64,000 nucleotides of DNA from Dehalococcoidia bacterium (GTDB lineage: Bacteria > Chloroflexota > Dehalococcoidia > Lucifugimonadales > UBA3495): positions 19,514 through 83,513 of the forward strand of contig JAJDTP010000006.1 in the NCBI GenBank assembly GCA_022827095.1, given 5' to 3'. Under the pieces are notes generated by a model that saw only the letters and a program-made list of their open reading frames with translations, ran no database searches and was not told where the DNA came from. Positions 1 to 10,228 of the stretch are shown in pieces. The first letter of the stretch is position 1. The number at the start of each line of letters is the position of its first letter. The position numbers and the translations under genes were made by a program.

Positions 1-600
1 GACGGCCATGTGGTACGTGGGAAACCCGTCGGACTTGACCAGAACGAAATCGTCGGTGAGGTCGTTCTGCCATTCGACGTGGCCGCGTATGGAGTCCTCC
101 ACGGAAGTGACGCCGGTCTGGGGCATGGCGAAGCGCAGGACGGAGGGGACGCCCTCCGCCTCTTTGACGCCTCGCTCTGCATCGGACAGGTACCGGCAAT
201 GGCTGTCGTAGCCCTGCCGTTGCTTGTTGCGGGCCTGCTCCTTGCGCAACTCCGCCACGCGCTCCGGCGGGCAGTAGCAGCGATACGCGTTGCCCGAAGC
301 GATCAGTCTTTCGGCGGCATCGTGGTAGCGCTGCAGCCGCTCGGACTGGAAGTAGGGACCGTAGGGGCCGCCGACCCGGGGGCCCTCGTCCCAGTCGATT
401 CCGAGCCATTCCAGCCCGTCCAAAATGTGATCGACCGCGCCTTCGGTGATGCGACCCTGGTCGGTGTCCTCCACCCGAACAACAAACTGGCCGCCGTTGC
501 GACGGGCGAACAGCCAGTTGAACATGGCGGTGCGGATATTGCCGATGTGTGGGTTGCCGGTGGGGCTGGGCGCGTAACGAACGCGAACGGGCGCGGACAC
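1..600 (-). CDS. gltX: Glutamate--tRNA ligase, N-terminal part (runs off the window start)
   Basis: Not in the ORF track. Manual translation from GTG at 600 (GAGGAGG RBS upstream) gives VRVRYAPSPTGNPHIGNIRTAMFNWLFAR...RVEDTD...WLGIDWDEGP...YFQSER...AYRCYC...DDFVLVKSDGFPTYHMAV. Confidence 0.95.
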   Translation of the reverse strand, partial: MSAPVRVRYAPSPTGNPHIGNIRTAMFNWLFARRNGGQFVVRVEDTDQGRITEGAVDHILDGLEWLGIDWDEGPRVGGPYGPYFQSERLQRYHDAAERLIASGNAYRCYCPPERVAELRKEQARNKQRQGYDSHCRYLSDAERGVKEAEGVPSVLRFAMPQTGVTSVEDSIRGHVEWQNDLTDDFVLVKSDGFPTYHMAV

Positions 601-718
601 GGCGGTTGGCCTCCTCGTATCGCCGTCCCGGTGGATTCAGCGGCCGTGGGGACGGATCGGTTTGTTCACATGCCGGATGCCGCGGTGTGGCCCGCAGGCA
701 GGCGGTGTCATTTGTTGA

Positions 719-2413
719 TCAGGTGTCTCGTTGGCTGATGCGAGCCCAGGTGTCGCGGAGGGTGGTGGTGCGGTTGAACACCGGGGCGCCGGGTCGCGAA
801 TCGGTGTCGGCGCAGAAGTAGCCCAACCGCTCGAACTGTAGACGGTCGCCTGCTTCCGTCGTAGCCAGCGTGGGTTCGCCCATGGCGGTGACCGTTTCCA
901 GGGAGTCGTGGTTGATCAGGTCCAGGAAATCGGTTTCGCTTCCGGCGGGATCGGATTCCGTGAAAAGGTTGTCGTAGAGGCGGACTTCCAGGGGCACGGC
1001 GTGAGCGGCCGAGACCCAGTGGATGGTTCCCTGGACCCGACGGCCGTCGGGCGCGTTGCCGCCGCGGCTGTCGGGATCATAGGTGCAATGAACCTCGACG
1101 ATTTCACCCTGCGCATCCTTCACAACGTCGGTGCAGGTGATGAGGCAGGCGTAGCGCAGGCGAACCTCCCGGCCCGGCGCCAGGCGGTAGAACCGGCGGG
1201 GAGGGTCTTCCATGAAGTCATCCCGCTCGATATACACTTCACGACCGAAGGGAACCTGTCGCGTGCCCATGGTTTCGTCTTCGGGGTTGTTGATGGCCTG
1301 GAACTCCTCGCTGCTGTCTTCCGGATAGTTGGTGATCACCAGCTTTAACGGTCGCAGCACGGCCATGCGACGGGGAGCCCGGCGGTTGAGGTCCTCGCGC
1401 AGGCAGTGTTCGAGCAACGCGAGTTCGGTCATGCTGTTGCGTCGGGCCACGCCGACGCGCTCGCACATATCGCGGATCGACTCGGGAGTGTAGCCGCGGC
1501 GGCGGAGGGCGCTCAGTGTCGGCATGCGTGGATCGTCCCAGCCGGCGACGTGGCCCTCTTCAACCAGTTGCCGCAAACGGCGCTTGCTCATCACCGTATG
1601 GGTCAGGTTGAGCCGGGCGAACTCGATCTGTCGGCTGCGGTAGATGCCCAGCACCTCCTGGCACCAATCGTACAGCGGCCGGTGATCCTCGAACTCCAGG
1701 GTGCACAGGGAGTGAGTGATCTCCTCGATGGAATCCGACAATGAGTGGGCGTAGTCGTACATCGGGTAGATGCACCAGTCGTCCCCGGTGCGGTGGTGCT
1801 CGGCGTGGCGGATGCGATATAGGACGGGGTCGCGCATGTTGAGGTTAGGCGACGCCATGTCGATCTTGGCGCGCAGGACGTACTCGCCATCGGCGAACTC
1901 GCCGGCGCGCATCCGACGGAAGATGTCCAGGCTCTCCTCGGGCGGGCGGTCGCGATCGGGGCTCTTCTTGCCGGGCTCGGTGAGGGTGCCACGGAAGTCC
2001 CGGATTTCATCGGCGGTGAGGCTGTCCACGTAGGCGTTGCCGTCGCGGATGAGTTGCTCCGCGTACTCATACAACTGCTCAAAATAGTCGGAGGCGTAGC
2101 AGAGGTTTTCGCCCCAATCGAAGCCCAGCCATTTCACGTCGGCGAGGATCGATTCGACGTACTCGATGTCCTCGCGGGTCGGGTTGGTGTCGTCGAACCG
2201 CATGTGGCAGCGGGCGCCCTGGTACTGCTCGCCGACGCCGAAGTTGAGGCAGATCGACTTGGCGTGACCGATGTGGAGATAGCCGTTGGGCTCGGGCGGG
2301 AACCGGGTGACCACACGGCCGTCGTAGGCGCCGGCGGCCTGGTCCTCATTGATGATGGCGCGAATGAAATCGGAGGGAATATCCCCGGCTGGGGTGGGTG
2401 TGTTAGCGGTCAT
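719..2413 (-). CDS. glnS: Glutamine--tRNA ligase
   Basis: [18 protein letters not shown] (HIGH), [20 protein letters not shown] (KMSKS-like), GWDDPRMPT and QFERLGYF motifs. Confidence 0.96.
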   Translation of the reverse strand: MTANTPTPAGDIPSDFIRAIINEDQAAGAYDGRVVTRFPPEPNGYLHIGHAKSICLNFGVGEQYQGARCHMRFDDTNPTREDIEYVESILADVKWLGFDWGENLCYASDYFEQLYEYAEQLIRDGNAYVDSLTADEIRDFRGTLTEPGKKSPDRDRPPEESLDIFRRMRAGEFADGEYVLRAKIDMASPNLNMRDPVLYRIRHAEHHRTGDDWCIYPMYDYAHSLSDSIEEITHSLCTLEFEDHRPLYDWCQEVLGIYRSRQIEFARLNLTHTVMSKRRLRQLVEEGHVAGWDDPRMPTLSALRRRGYTPESIRDMCERVGVARRNSMTELALLEHCLREDLNRRAPRRMAVLRPLKLVITNYPEDSSEEFQAINNPEDETMGTRQVPFGREVYIERDDFMEDPPRRFYRLAPGREVRLRYACLITCTDVVKDAQGEIVEVHCTYDPDSRGGNAPDGRRVQGTIHWVSAAHAVPLEVRLYDNLFTESDPAGSETDFLDLINHDSLETVTAMGEPTLATTEAGDRLQFERLGYFCADTDSRPGAPVFNRTTTLRDTWARISQRDT

Positions 2414-2538
2414 GTTCGGGTTGCCTGTTGTGCGGAGTTCGAGGTGCGGTGACGGATACCGTCAAATTATAGCGCACCATCGGGAACGCTAAACATGGGG
2501 TCTAATGTCTCATTGGCGCCCAGTTCGCGGCGGGCAAA

Positions 2539-2650
2539 CGCCAGGATCAGGATTTACGGAATTTTATGATTTGGCAGGATTGGGAGATCTCCATCACAGA
2601 ACGGTTCCAATCCTGATAATCCCCAAATCTTGAAAATCCGGATTCTGACA
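2539..2650. repeat. Imperfect inverted repeat built from CAGGAT/ATCCTG units (MITE/REP-like)
   Basis: Left arm 2539-2583 (CAGGATCAGGATTT...GCAGGATTGG) pairs imperfectly with right arm 2607-2650 (CCAATCCTGATAATCCCCAAATCTTGAAAATCCGGATTCTGACA). AT-rich relative to its surroundings. Confidence 0.7.
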
Positions 2651-2677
2651 GTTTACGCAAGTGGGACGCATGAGAGT

Positions 2678-3643
2678 CTAACGATTGTTCCCTGGTCGCC
2701 CGTGCAGCGTTTCCAGGACCGACGACAGGTCGCCCGGAAGATCGGCGCAATGCTCCATCCACGCGCCGGTGACGGGATGGTGGAAGCCCAGCCGTGTGGC
2801 ATGCAAAAACTGCCGGTTTATCAAGGTGCTGGCTTTGCCGTACACGGCGTCGCCCAGCAGCGGGTAGCCCTGATACGCCAGGTGAACGCGGATCTGGTGG
2901 GTTCGACCCGTTTCGAGAACGAGATTGAGCCGGGTATGCCCCGGTAACTCTTCGAGGGTTTCGTAGTGGGTACGCGCGGCGCGGCCGCCGGCGTCCACGG
3001 CCATCTTCTGACGGTGGCGCGGGTCCCGGGCGATGGGGGCGTCGATGGTTCCGGACTCCGGAGTGACCAGGCCCACGGACACGGCCAGATATTCCTTGCG
3101 GAACTGGCGATCATTCAGCTGCTCGGTGAGGCCCTGGTGGGCAATCTGCGTTTTGGCTACCACCATCAAACCGGAGGTATCGAGGTCGAGGCGGTGCACG
3201 ATGCCGGGCCGCAGCTCGCCGCCAATGCCGCGGATGTCAGGGCACCGGGCAAGCAGGGCGTTGACCAGGGTGCCGTCGGGGTGGCCCGGCCCCGGATGGA
3301 CGGGCAGGCCCGCCGGCTTGTCCACCACGATCAGGTGCTCGTCCTCGTAAATGGCAGAAACCCGTATGTCCTGCGGGATCAGGTCTTCGGGAGAGCGGGC
3401 CGGCGGGACGTATACGGTAATGGCGTCCCGGGGCCGGACGCGCTGGGAGGGACGGGCGACGTCGCCATTCACGGTGATCAGGCCCTCGGCGGCCAAGGCC
3501 TGGAGGCGGCTTCGGGAAAGGCCGGCGGCAGACAGTTCCGGCAGTTGAGCCAGCCAGGCGTCTAACCTTGATCGTTGAGGTTCCGCGCTAACGACGAACT
3601 CGTACCGGACGCCTGTATCGGATCGGTCTTCACGGGCGCTCAT
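2678..3643 (-). CDS. rluD: RluA/RluD-family pseudouridine synthase with N-terminal S4 domain
   Basis: RLDAWL S4 start, VDKPAGLPVHP, HRLDLDTSG (catalytic Asp), GRTHQIRVH and GDAVYG. Confidence 0.9.
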   Translation of the reverse strand: MSAREDRSDTGVRYEFVVSAEPQRSRLDAWLAQLPELSAAGLSRSRLQALAAEGLITVNGDVARPSQRVRPRDAITVYVPPARSPEDLIPQDIRVSAIYEDEHLIVVDKPAGLPVHPGPGHPDGTLVNALLARCPDIRGIGGELRPGIVHRLDLDTSGLMVVAKTQIAHQGLTEQLNDRQFRKEYLAVSVGLVTPESGTIDAPIARDPRHRQKMAVDAGGRAARTHYETLEELPGHTRLNLVLETGRTHQIRVHLAYQGYPLLGDAVYGKASTLINRQFLHATRLGFHHPVTGAWMEHCADLPGDLSSVLETLHGRPGNNR

Positions 3644-3657
3644 CGTGCATTTCCTGG

Positions 3658-4266
3658 CTATCCGAGAATCCGTTCGCGGACACCGCAGTCGGCGCAGCGG
3701 GCGCCGTTGGGCAGGCTGATCATCGCGCCGTCGCAGATCGGGCAGGCGGCGTAAGCGGAGGCGCCGGCAGGTTCCGGTTCCGTAGGCGGGGCCTGGTCAC
3801 GGTTCAAGACCAGCACCCACGCCAGGATCGCCAGGCCGACGACTATTGACGAGTCGGCGAGGTTGAACACCGGCCACGGTCCGATGTCGATAAAGTCGGT
3901 GACGTGACCCTGCCAGATGCGGTCCACCAGGTTGCCCAGCGCGCCGCCCAGCATCAGTGCGATGCTGGTTCGCATCAGGAGGCCGGGCCGTTCCTGGGTG
4001 CGGTAGATGTATGCCAGCACCGCGACGCCGACCAGGGAGACGATCAGCAGCGGAATGTTGTTGCCCTGGAACAGTCCGAAGGCGCTACCGGTGTTCTGTA
4101 CGTGGGTGAAGCGGAAGAAACCGTAGGCCGGCCAGGAGTAATGCCACTCCAGGGTTTGGCGCACCACGAACTTGGTAAGCTGGTCCAGCGCGAGAGCCAA
4201 CGCCGCCAGTTGCAGCAGGGTCCAATCCCGATAGATCGGAGTGCGATCTCTCCGCGGCCGGGACAT
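3658..4266 (-). CDS. lspA: Lipoprotein signal peptidase II with a C-terminal CxxC..CxxC extension
   Basis: DQLTK, NTGSAFG, GGALGNLVDR, VTDFID and FNLAD motifs. Lies upstream of rluD, a common arrangement. Confidence 0.92.
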   Translation of the reverse strand: MSRPRRDRTPIYRDWTLLQLAALALALDQLTKFVVRQTLEWHYSWPAYGFFRFTHVQNTGSAFGLFQGNNIPLLIVSLVGVAVLAYIYRTQERPGLLMRTSIALMLGGALGNLVDRIWQGHVTDFIDIGPWPVFNLADSSIVVGLAILAWVLVLNRDQAPPTEPEPAGASAYAACPICDGAMISLPNGARCADCGVRERILG

Positions 4267-4269
4267 GGA

Positions 4270-4914
4270 CTACGGCGTGGCCAGATGGTCCACGAAGAAT
4301 TGCACCACCTTTTCGGCCATCTGATGCTCCTGCCCCACCCAGAAGTGGTCCGCCCCGGCCACCACGTGATAATCGGCGGGAGGGTCGAACTTGCCCAGTT
4401 GAGCGTCTACGCCGTCGGAGTTGACCAGACGGTCGCGGTCGCCGGTAATAATCATGCGGGGCGTCTTGTCCTTCTGAAGCGGACTGTCGGTTATCGCCTC
4501 GAGAGACGGCGCAACCAGCGCAATGGCCAGGGGCTTCTTGTACAACTGCTTGTGCGAGCAAATCACCCGCGTGCTGAACGAATAGCCGCCGAGGCCGATC
4601 CGGTCGTCGTTGACATCGGGAAGCGCGCCCAGGAAGTCCATCGCCACAAGGGTTTCCTCGTGCTCCTTCTCGCCCTGGGCGTGCTGGCCCTGGCTGTTGC
4701 CGACGCCGCGGAAGTTGAACCGCAGCGAGGCGATGCCGGCGTCGGCCAAGCCGAAGGTCACGGCAACCACCACGTTGTTGTCCATGCTGCCGCCGTGCAG
4801 GGGATGGGGGTGGCACATCACCACGCCGGGAAACGGCCCCTCACCGTCCGGCAAAGCGATGATGCCTTCGAAGGTCATGCCTTTCGCTATGAAACTGACC
4901 GCGCTCTGTCGCAT
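4270..4914 (-). CDS. Alpha/beta-fold hydrolase
   Basis: Start re-called at ATG 4914 (GGAGG upstream). HPHPLHGGSMDNNVV, RFNFRGVGNSQG, GYSFS nucleophile elbow, GDRD and ADHF. Confidence 0.85.
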   Translation of the reverse strand: MRQSAVSFIAKGMTFEGIIALPDGEGPFPGVVMCHPHPLHGGSMDNNVVVAVTFGLADAGIASLRFNFRGVGNSQGQHAQGEKEHEETLVAMDFLGALPDVNDDRIGLGGYSFSTRVICSHKQLYKKPLAIALVAPSLEAITDSPLQKDKTPRMIITGDRDRLVNSDGVDAQLGKFDPPADYHVVAGADHFWVGQEHQMAEKVVQFFVDHLATP

Positions 4915-5077
4915 GTTGCCGCCTCCGGCCGGGTTTGTGCTGGCCTTGCAAGTGGAAACATGATAGCAGGTTACCGTGATTGATGGCCCGGAAGTCGTGA
5001 TGGCTGGTTGTGCTAGAATGGCGCTGGCCCGAGATTCTCGAGGCCAAACCGGGATTTCTACCGATTCAGGAGGCTTC

Positions 5078-6136
5078 ATGGCTGTGATCGACCTGCGCAG
5101 CGACACCATTACCCACCCCACCGACGAGATGCGCCGGGCGATGGCCGAAGCCGAGGTGGGCGACGACGTGTTCGGGGAAGACCCCTCGATCAACGCGCTG
5201 CAGGAACGCGCCGCCGGAATGTTGGGCCAGGAGGCCGGGCTGCTGACCGCCAGCGGCACCATGAGCAACCTGATCGCCGCCCTGACCTGGTGCAGCCGCG
5301 GCGACGAGATGATCATGGGCCAGGAAGCCCACATGTTCTGGAACGAGTCAGGAGGGCCGACCGCGTTGTCCGGCGCGCAGGTCCGCCTCGTGCCCAACGA
5401 GGCCAACGGTCGGATCTCAGCGGAATCGGTGTCGGGCGCGATCCGCGACGCCTCCAACATCCACGTTCCGGCCACAACGCTGGTCTGCCTGGAGAACACG
5501 CACAACCGTTGCAGCGGCGGCGTGATGACTCCGCAGGACACTCGGGAGGTGGTGCACGTCGCCCACGCCGCCGGCGCGGCGGTGCACTTGGACGGCGCGC
5601 GGATCTTCAATGCCGCGGTGGCCCTGGAGGTACCAGCATCCGAGCTGACCAAGGACGTGGACGACGTGAGCTTCTGCCTCTCCAAGGCACTGTCGTGTCC
5701 GGTGGGTTCGGTGCTGTGCGGCTCCCAGGAGTTCATCACGCGGGCGCGTAAGTGGCGCAAGATGGTGGGCGGCGGTATGCGCCAGGCCGGCGTGCTGGCC
5801 GCGGCCGGCCTAGTGGCCCTGGATACGATGGTTGAGAGGCTGGCCGACGACCACGCCAACGCGCGCCGTTTGGCCGCCGGTCTTGCCGACATCGATGGGC
5901 TGACCGTCGACCCGGACAGCATCCACACCAACATCGTCATTTTCGAGGTAAATCGGGATAAGGTCGGCGAGGCCCGCGAGGTTATTGCGGCACTGCGCGA
6001 AGACGGGGTGCTGGTCAGCCACAGCCGCGAGCAGTCGCTGCGCATGGTCACTCACCGCCACATTTCCTCGGCCGACGTGGACGAAGCGTTGTCGCGGGTC
6101 AACGGGACCGTGCGCCGCCTGGCCGCCACTAGTTAG
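5078..6136 (+). CDS. ltaE: Low-specificity L-threonine aldolase (PLP)
   Basis: IDLRSDT, VGDDVFGEDP, SGTMSN, ENTHN, HLDGARIFNA, SKAL and GGGMRQAG. AGGAGG RBS before ATG 5078. Confidence 0.93.
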   Translation: MAVIDLRSDTITHPTDEMRRAMAEAEVGDDVFGEDPSINALQERAAGMLGQEAGLLTASGTMSNLIAALTWCSRGDEMIMGQEAHMFWNESGGPTALSGAQVRLVPNEANGRISAESVSGAIRDASNIHVPATTLVCLENTHNRCSGGVMTPQDTREVVHVAHAAGAAVHLDGARIFNAAVALEVPASELTKDVDDVSFCLSKALSCPVGSVLCGSQEFITRARKWRKMVGGGMRQAGVLAAAGLVALDTMVERLADDHANARRLAAGLADIDGLTVDPDSIHTNIVIFEVNRDKVGEAREVIAALREDGVLVSHSREQSLRMVTHRHISSADVDEALSRVNGTVRRLAATS

Positions 6137-6145
6137 AGGTGCGGT

Positions 6146-6736
6146 ATGGCTGAGTTCGCTATCAACCGCGAGACCACCGCGCTGCTGATCGCCGATTTCT
6201 ACGCCGAGGCGATGGGCAATCTGCCCCACGCCGTGGAGCGCGGGGTGGTGGCGCGAACGGTTGGTCTTCAGGCGGCGGCCCGTGAGGCCGGCCTGATGGT
6301 CTGCTATTGCGCCACGGTGTTCCGTCCCGGGTATCCCGAGATCAGCCCGCGGAACAAGACGTTCAGCGTGCGCAAAGCCTCGGGTCAGCCGGCGGTGTTT
6401 GATCCGGTGTCGCTGATCCATCCTGACGTGCGACCCCGGGACGACGAGGTGGTGGTGGGCAAGCATCGGGTCAACGCGCTCTTTGGAACCGGCCTGGACG
6501 TGGCGCTCACCGGGAACAATATCGACACCATCATCCTGCTGGGCTACGCGACCAGCGGCGTGGTGCTGTCCACCACCCGGTTTGCCGCGGATCGAGACTA
6601 TCGGCTGTACATCGTCGAGGACTGCTGCGCCGACAGCGAACCTGACGTGCACGATTTTCTAATCGGCCGGATCCTGAACCGTCAGACGGACATCGTGTCG
6701 GCTGACGAGGCGGTTGCGGCGATTCGCGCTGCGTGA
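6146..6736 (+). CDS. Isochorismatase/cysteine hydrolase family protein
   Basis: TALLIAD, VVGKHRVNAL, GYATSGVVLST (usual catalytic Cys absent) and DCCAD. Confidence 0.85.
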   Translation: MAEFAINRETTALLIADFYAEAMGNLPHAVERGVVARTVGLQAAAREAGLMVCYCATVFRPGYPEISPRNKTFSVRKASGQPAVFDPVSLIHPDVRPRDDEVVVGKHRVNALFGTGLDVALTGNNIDTIILLGYATSGVVLSTTRFAADRDYRLYIVEDCCADSEPDVHDFLIGRILNRQTDIVSADEAVAAIRAA

Positions 6737-6791
6737 GACCGGAGGGATGCCGGCTCACGTCGATCGTCGACGCTTGAGCTGATCGTGCCTC

Positions 6792-7721
6792 ATGCTCCGG
6801 CAATCCGCATCGCCCACCGCCGATATCAGCGTAGCCATCGACTCACGCCCGCTGTACGCCGGGGACGCCATAGATGCTGAGGTCCTCGTAACCCCTCATC
6901 TTTCGTTCCAGGCGGCGCTGGGGGTACTCCGGTTGTCGCGGATTGAACTGATGCGGGTGGATTCGGCGCGCGACGCGGTGCCGCAGATGATGCTGCCCAG
7001 CGGACGGGGTCGCCGGAATCCCGGCGGGCCGGCGCATATTGACGAGATATTCGCGGAAGACGTGACGATGGAAGGCGGGGTGCCGCAACGCTATCCGGTA
7101 CGGCTGCGGCTGCCGGACGCGGCGCCGCCCACCGTGAAGGGCAAGTACGCTCGCATCTCGTGGGAGTTGTCGGCGACGATACTGACCAGGGCCGACTGGT
7201 TGCCCACGAATGACGGATGGCTGGCGAATATAGCCCGGGGCCGGGCGGCGCAGTGCCAGCAGGAACTGGTGGTGTTCAGCCGGTCCGACGTTGACCCGAT
7301 GGATGGGTTGCCGTTACTTGATGAGCTGCCGGCCAGCAGGTCCTTTCGCAACGTCACCATGGGCCTGTCGCTGGACGCAGCGAACGCAGCCAACGGCGGA
7401 ACCGTAACGGGCAGCGTCTCGATTGCCGCCCGAACGGCGCTAAAGGCGCGCGAACTGCGCGTCGAGCTGATGCGGTGGGAACGTTCGGGGAGCAAGCAGG
7501 CGCGGGTTATCGAGCACAGCGAGGTGCTGCAGCGTCCGGCGATCCTGGCCGCTGACCAGGAAACCGACTGGGCTTTCCGGCTCACAGTGCCCGACCCCTT
7601 GATGCCCTCGGTGTTGGCCAACCACACCTTCGTCGGCTGGCAGGTGAGGGCGGTCATCGACCGGAAGCTGCGCCCGAACCAATCGGTATCGCAACTGCTG
7701 CACGTGTATACATCGCCCTGA
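6792..7721 (+). CDS. Arrestin-like/SpoOM-type tandem beta-sandwich protein
   Basis: Two similar halves, each ending in an LPxxxPPT/PSV..G..ISW.L.A-type motif (RLPDAAPPTVKGKYARISWELSA and TVPDPLMPSVLANHTFVGWQVRA). Confidence 0.55.
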   Translation: MLRQSASPTADISVAIDSRPLYAGDAIDAEVLVTPHLSFQAALGVLRLSRIELMRVDSARDAVPQMMLPSGRGRRNPGGPAHIDEIFAEDVTMEGGVPQRYPVRLRLPDAAPPTVKGKYARISWELSATILTRADWLPTNDGWLANIARGRAAQCQQELVVFSRSDVDPMDGLPLLDELPASRSFRNVTMGLSLDAANAANGGTVTGSVSIAARTALKARELRVELMRWERSGSKQARVIEHSEVLQRPAILAADQETDWAFRLTVPDPLMPSVLANHTFVGWQVRAVIDRKLRPNQSVSQLLHVYTSP

Positions 7722-7805
7722 TCCCCAGGCGACTCGGCTGTTCTGATCGTCCCGCCCTCGGGCTGGCGGCCGGCTCGCCCTATCCGAGGGTACAGCCGTT
7801 CGCCG

Positions 7806-9158
7806 TCAGCGGCCGTCACCCCACCACCGGCGCAATCGTTCGGCGATGGCGGCTTCGGAACCCTGGTCCGAGGGTTCGTAGTACTTGCGGTCGGACAACT
7901 CCGGCGGCAGGTATTCCTGCGACTCGAAGTGTCCTTCGTAGTCGTGGCCGTACTTGTAGCCCGCGCCATAGCCCATGCCACGCATCAGGCCGGTTACGGC
8001 GTTGCGCAGGTGGAGCGGGACGGGTTCGTGAGGACGGCCGCGCACGTCGTCCAGCGCGCGCTCCAGCGCCAGGTAGGCCGCGTTGCTCTTAGGGGAAGTC
8101 GCAAGGTAGACCGTTGCCTCGGCCAGGGGGATGCGACCCTCGGGCAGACCGATGAAGTGGACCGCCTGCTGCGCCGCCACCGCCACGGGCAACGCGCCGG
8201 GATTAGCGAGGCCGATGTCCTCGGTAGCCAGGATCACCAGTCGGCGGGCGATGAACATGGGGTCTTCTCCCGCCTCCAGCATGCGTGCGAGCCAGTAGAG
8301 AGCGCCATCGGGGGATGAGCCGCGAACCGACTTGATGAAGGCGGAGATCGTGTCGTAGTGGCTGTCGCCGGCCTTGTCGTATTGCGGAGTTCGGCGTTGC
8401 AGGGCATCGGCGATGCCGTCCATGGTGACGTGGCGCCGGCCGTCCGCGTCGGGCTCTGCGGCGATCACGGCCATCTCTAGAGCGTTCAACGCCACCCGCG
8501 CGTCGCCGTTGGCGATGTTGACCAGGTGGGCCAGCGCGTCCGGTTCCAGCTGTGGGGATAGCGTCGCCAGGCCGCGACCTTCATCTTGTAACGCCCGGGT
8601 GATGATGACACCCACCGCGTCGTCATCCAGCGCGTTCAGGGTGAATACGCGGCAACGGGACAGCAGCGGAGCGTTGACTTCGAAGGATGGATTCTCGGTG
8701 GTGGCGCCGATGAAGGTGACCGTTCCGTCTTCAACGTGGGGCAGGATCACGTCCTGCTGCGCCTTGTTGAAGCGATGGATCTCGTCGACGAACAGGATCG
8801 TGGACTGCTGGTAGAGGGCCTGGCGTTCCTGGGCTCCGGCCACCGCCCTGCGCAAATCGGCCACTCCGGCGGACACGGCGCTGACGGGTTCGAAGTAGGC
8901 GCGAGTAACGGTGGCGATCAGGCGGGCCAGTGTGGTCTTGCCCGAGCCTGGAGGCCCCCATAACAGAATGGATGGCACCCGGTCGATTTCGATGGCACGG
9001 CGGAGGACCCGATCTTCGCCAAGGATGTGCGCCTGCCCGACGAATTCATCGAAGGTGGCGGGTCGCATCCGCTCTGCCAGCGGGGCCGTTTCCCGGGCCA
9101 ATTGCTCGCGCCCGTGCTCGAACAGCCCGCCGGAGTTGTGCCGGCCAGTCATCGTCAA
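7806..9158 (-). CDS. rarA: Replication-associated recombination protein A (AAA+ ATPase)
   Basis: PLAERMRP, GPPGSGKTT, FVDEIHRFNKAQQD, GATTENPSF, HYDTISAFIKSVRGS, EDIGLA and PKSN. Confidence 0.96.
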   Translation of the reverse strand: MTMTGRHNSGGLFEHGREQLARETAPLAERMRPATFDEFVGQAHILGEDRVLRRAIEIDRVPSILLWGPPGSGKTTLARLIATVTRAYFEPVSAVSAGVADLRRAVAGAQERQALYQQSTILFVDEIHRFNKAQQDVILPHVEDGTVTFIGATTENPSFEVNAPLLSRCRVFTLNALDDDAVGVIITRALQDEGRGLATLSPQLEPDALAHLVNIANGDARVALNALEMAVIAAEPDADGRRHVTMDGIADALQRRTPQYDKAGDSHYDTISAFIKSVRGSSPDGALYWLARMLEAGEDPMFIARRLVILATEDIGLANPGALPVAVAAQQAVHFIGLPEGRIPLAEATVYLATSPKSNAAYLALERALDDVRGRPHEPVPLHLRNAVTGLMRGMGYGAGYKYGHDYEGHFESQEYLPPELSDRKYYEPSDQGSEAAIAERLRRWWGDGR

Positions 9159-10171
9159 TCCTGGAAGTGCGGCATCACCTCTTCGGCGAACAGCCGCATC
9201 GACCGCCCGACTTCCTCATTGCTCAACATGCCGCCGATGTTGAACCAGCACATGATCTCTTGGGGATCGTAAATCTCCCTGAAGTAAGTCAGCCGTTCGG
9301 CAACCTGCTCGGGCGTGCCAATCGCGCCCAGTTCGTTATACAGGTCGTCATAGTCGATCTGAAAAGCCCGGCCGGAGCCCCGCGAATTGTTCTGCATGCT
9401 GCGGAGGGTACCCAGGTAGTTGTTCACCGTTGGCGCGAACCCGGCTTTGGCCTCTTCCGGCGTTTCCCCGACGTACACGGGCACGTTTACCACCACCTTC
9501 ACTGCCGACGGATCATGCCCGTGCTTGACCAGCGTATCGCGGTAGTTCGCCAGCCCATCGCTGACGCCCTGCACGGTGATGATCAATGGCGTCACGAGGA
9601 TGCTGTGACCGAGGCTGCCCACCAGAGGGAAGGTGTCGGCGCCGTTGGACGCGACGTACACCGGCGGGTGCGGTTGCTGGATCGGCTTCGGCTCCAATCG
9701 GATGCCGTGGGCCTGGTAGAACTGGCCGTCGTAGTCCAATTGCTCTTCTTTCCACGCCCGCAGAGCCAGGTCCAGCCCTTCGACGAAACGGTCATTGCGC
9801 TCTTCGATGGGGATGCCGTACCCGCGATAGTGGTTGGGATTGGAGCCGCGCCCAATGCCGAAAACGGCCCGCCCGCCCGACAGCACGTCCAGGGTCGCGA
9901 CTTCTTCAGCGATGCGCAACGGGTGATGCAAGGGCAGCAGATTGACCGCGGTACCGAGCATGATCCGCTCGGTGGTTTGCGACAGAGCGGACGCCATCAG
10001 GAGCGGCGCCGGCATCACCGAAAAGCTGCGGGCGAAATGCAGTTCGGCCAGCCAGGCCATGTCGTAGCCCAGTTGGTCCGCCAGTTGCACCTGCGCCATC
10101 ACGTCCGCGTAACGGTCGGCGGGAGTTTGGCCCTCGCTGCAGGGGATTTGGTAAAAGACACCGAACTGCAT
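9155..10171 (-). CDS. Luciferase-like (LLM) flavin-dependent monooxygenase
   Basis: AWLAELHF, LGTAVNLLPLHHPLRIAEEVATLDVLSGGR..FGIGRG and PKPIQQPHPP. Its stop overlaps the rarA start (ATGA). Confidence 0.9.
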   Translation of the reverse strand: MQFGVFYQIPCSEGQTPADRYADVMAQVQLADQLGYDMAWLAELHFARSFSVMPAPLLMASALSQTTERIMLGTAVNLLPLHHPLRIAEEVATLDVLSGGRAVFGIGRGSNPNHYRGYGIPIEERNDRFVEGLDLALRAWKEEQLDYDGQFYQAHGIRLEPKPIQQPHPPVYVASNGADTFPLVGSLGHSILVTPLIITVQGVSDGLANYRDTLVKHGHDPSAVKVVVNVPVYVGETPEEAKAGFAPTVNNYLGTLRSMQNNSRGSGRAFQIDYDDLYNELGAIGTPEQVAERLTYFREIYDPQEIMCWFNIGGMLSNEEVGRSMRLFAEEVMPHFQD

Positions 10172-10228
10172 ACTGTCACTCTCCGACAGGTTGATCTCGC
10201 TGTACCGCTTCCGCGATGGCGTCGCGGT

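Noticed and set aside
10-738. 242-aa plus-strand ORF and many other long antisense ORFs (e.g. 8930-10426, 10956-12302, 25457-27241, 57488-59023)
   Set aside because: Shadow frames of well-supported genes on the opposite strand, expected in high-GC DNA. They have no recognisable motifs.
4915-6051. 593-aa version of the alpha/beta hydrolase as a possible fusion
   Set aside because: The extension is the antisense of ltaE. The real start is at 4914 with its own RBS.
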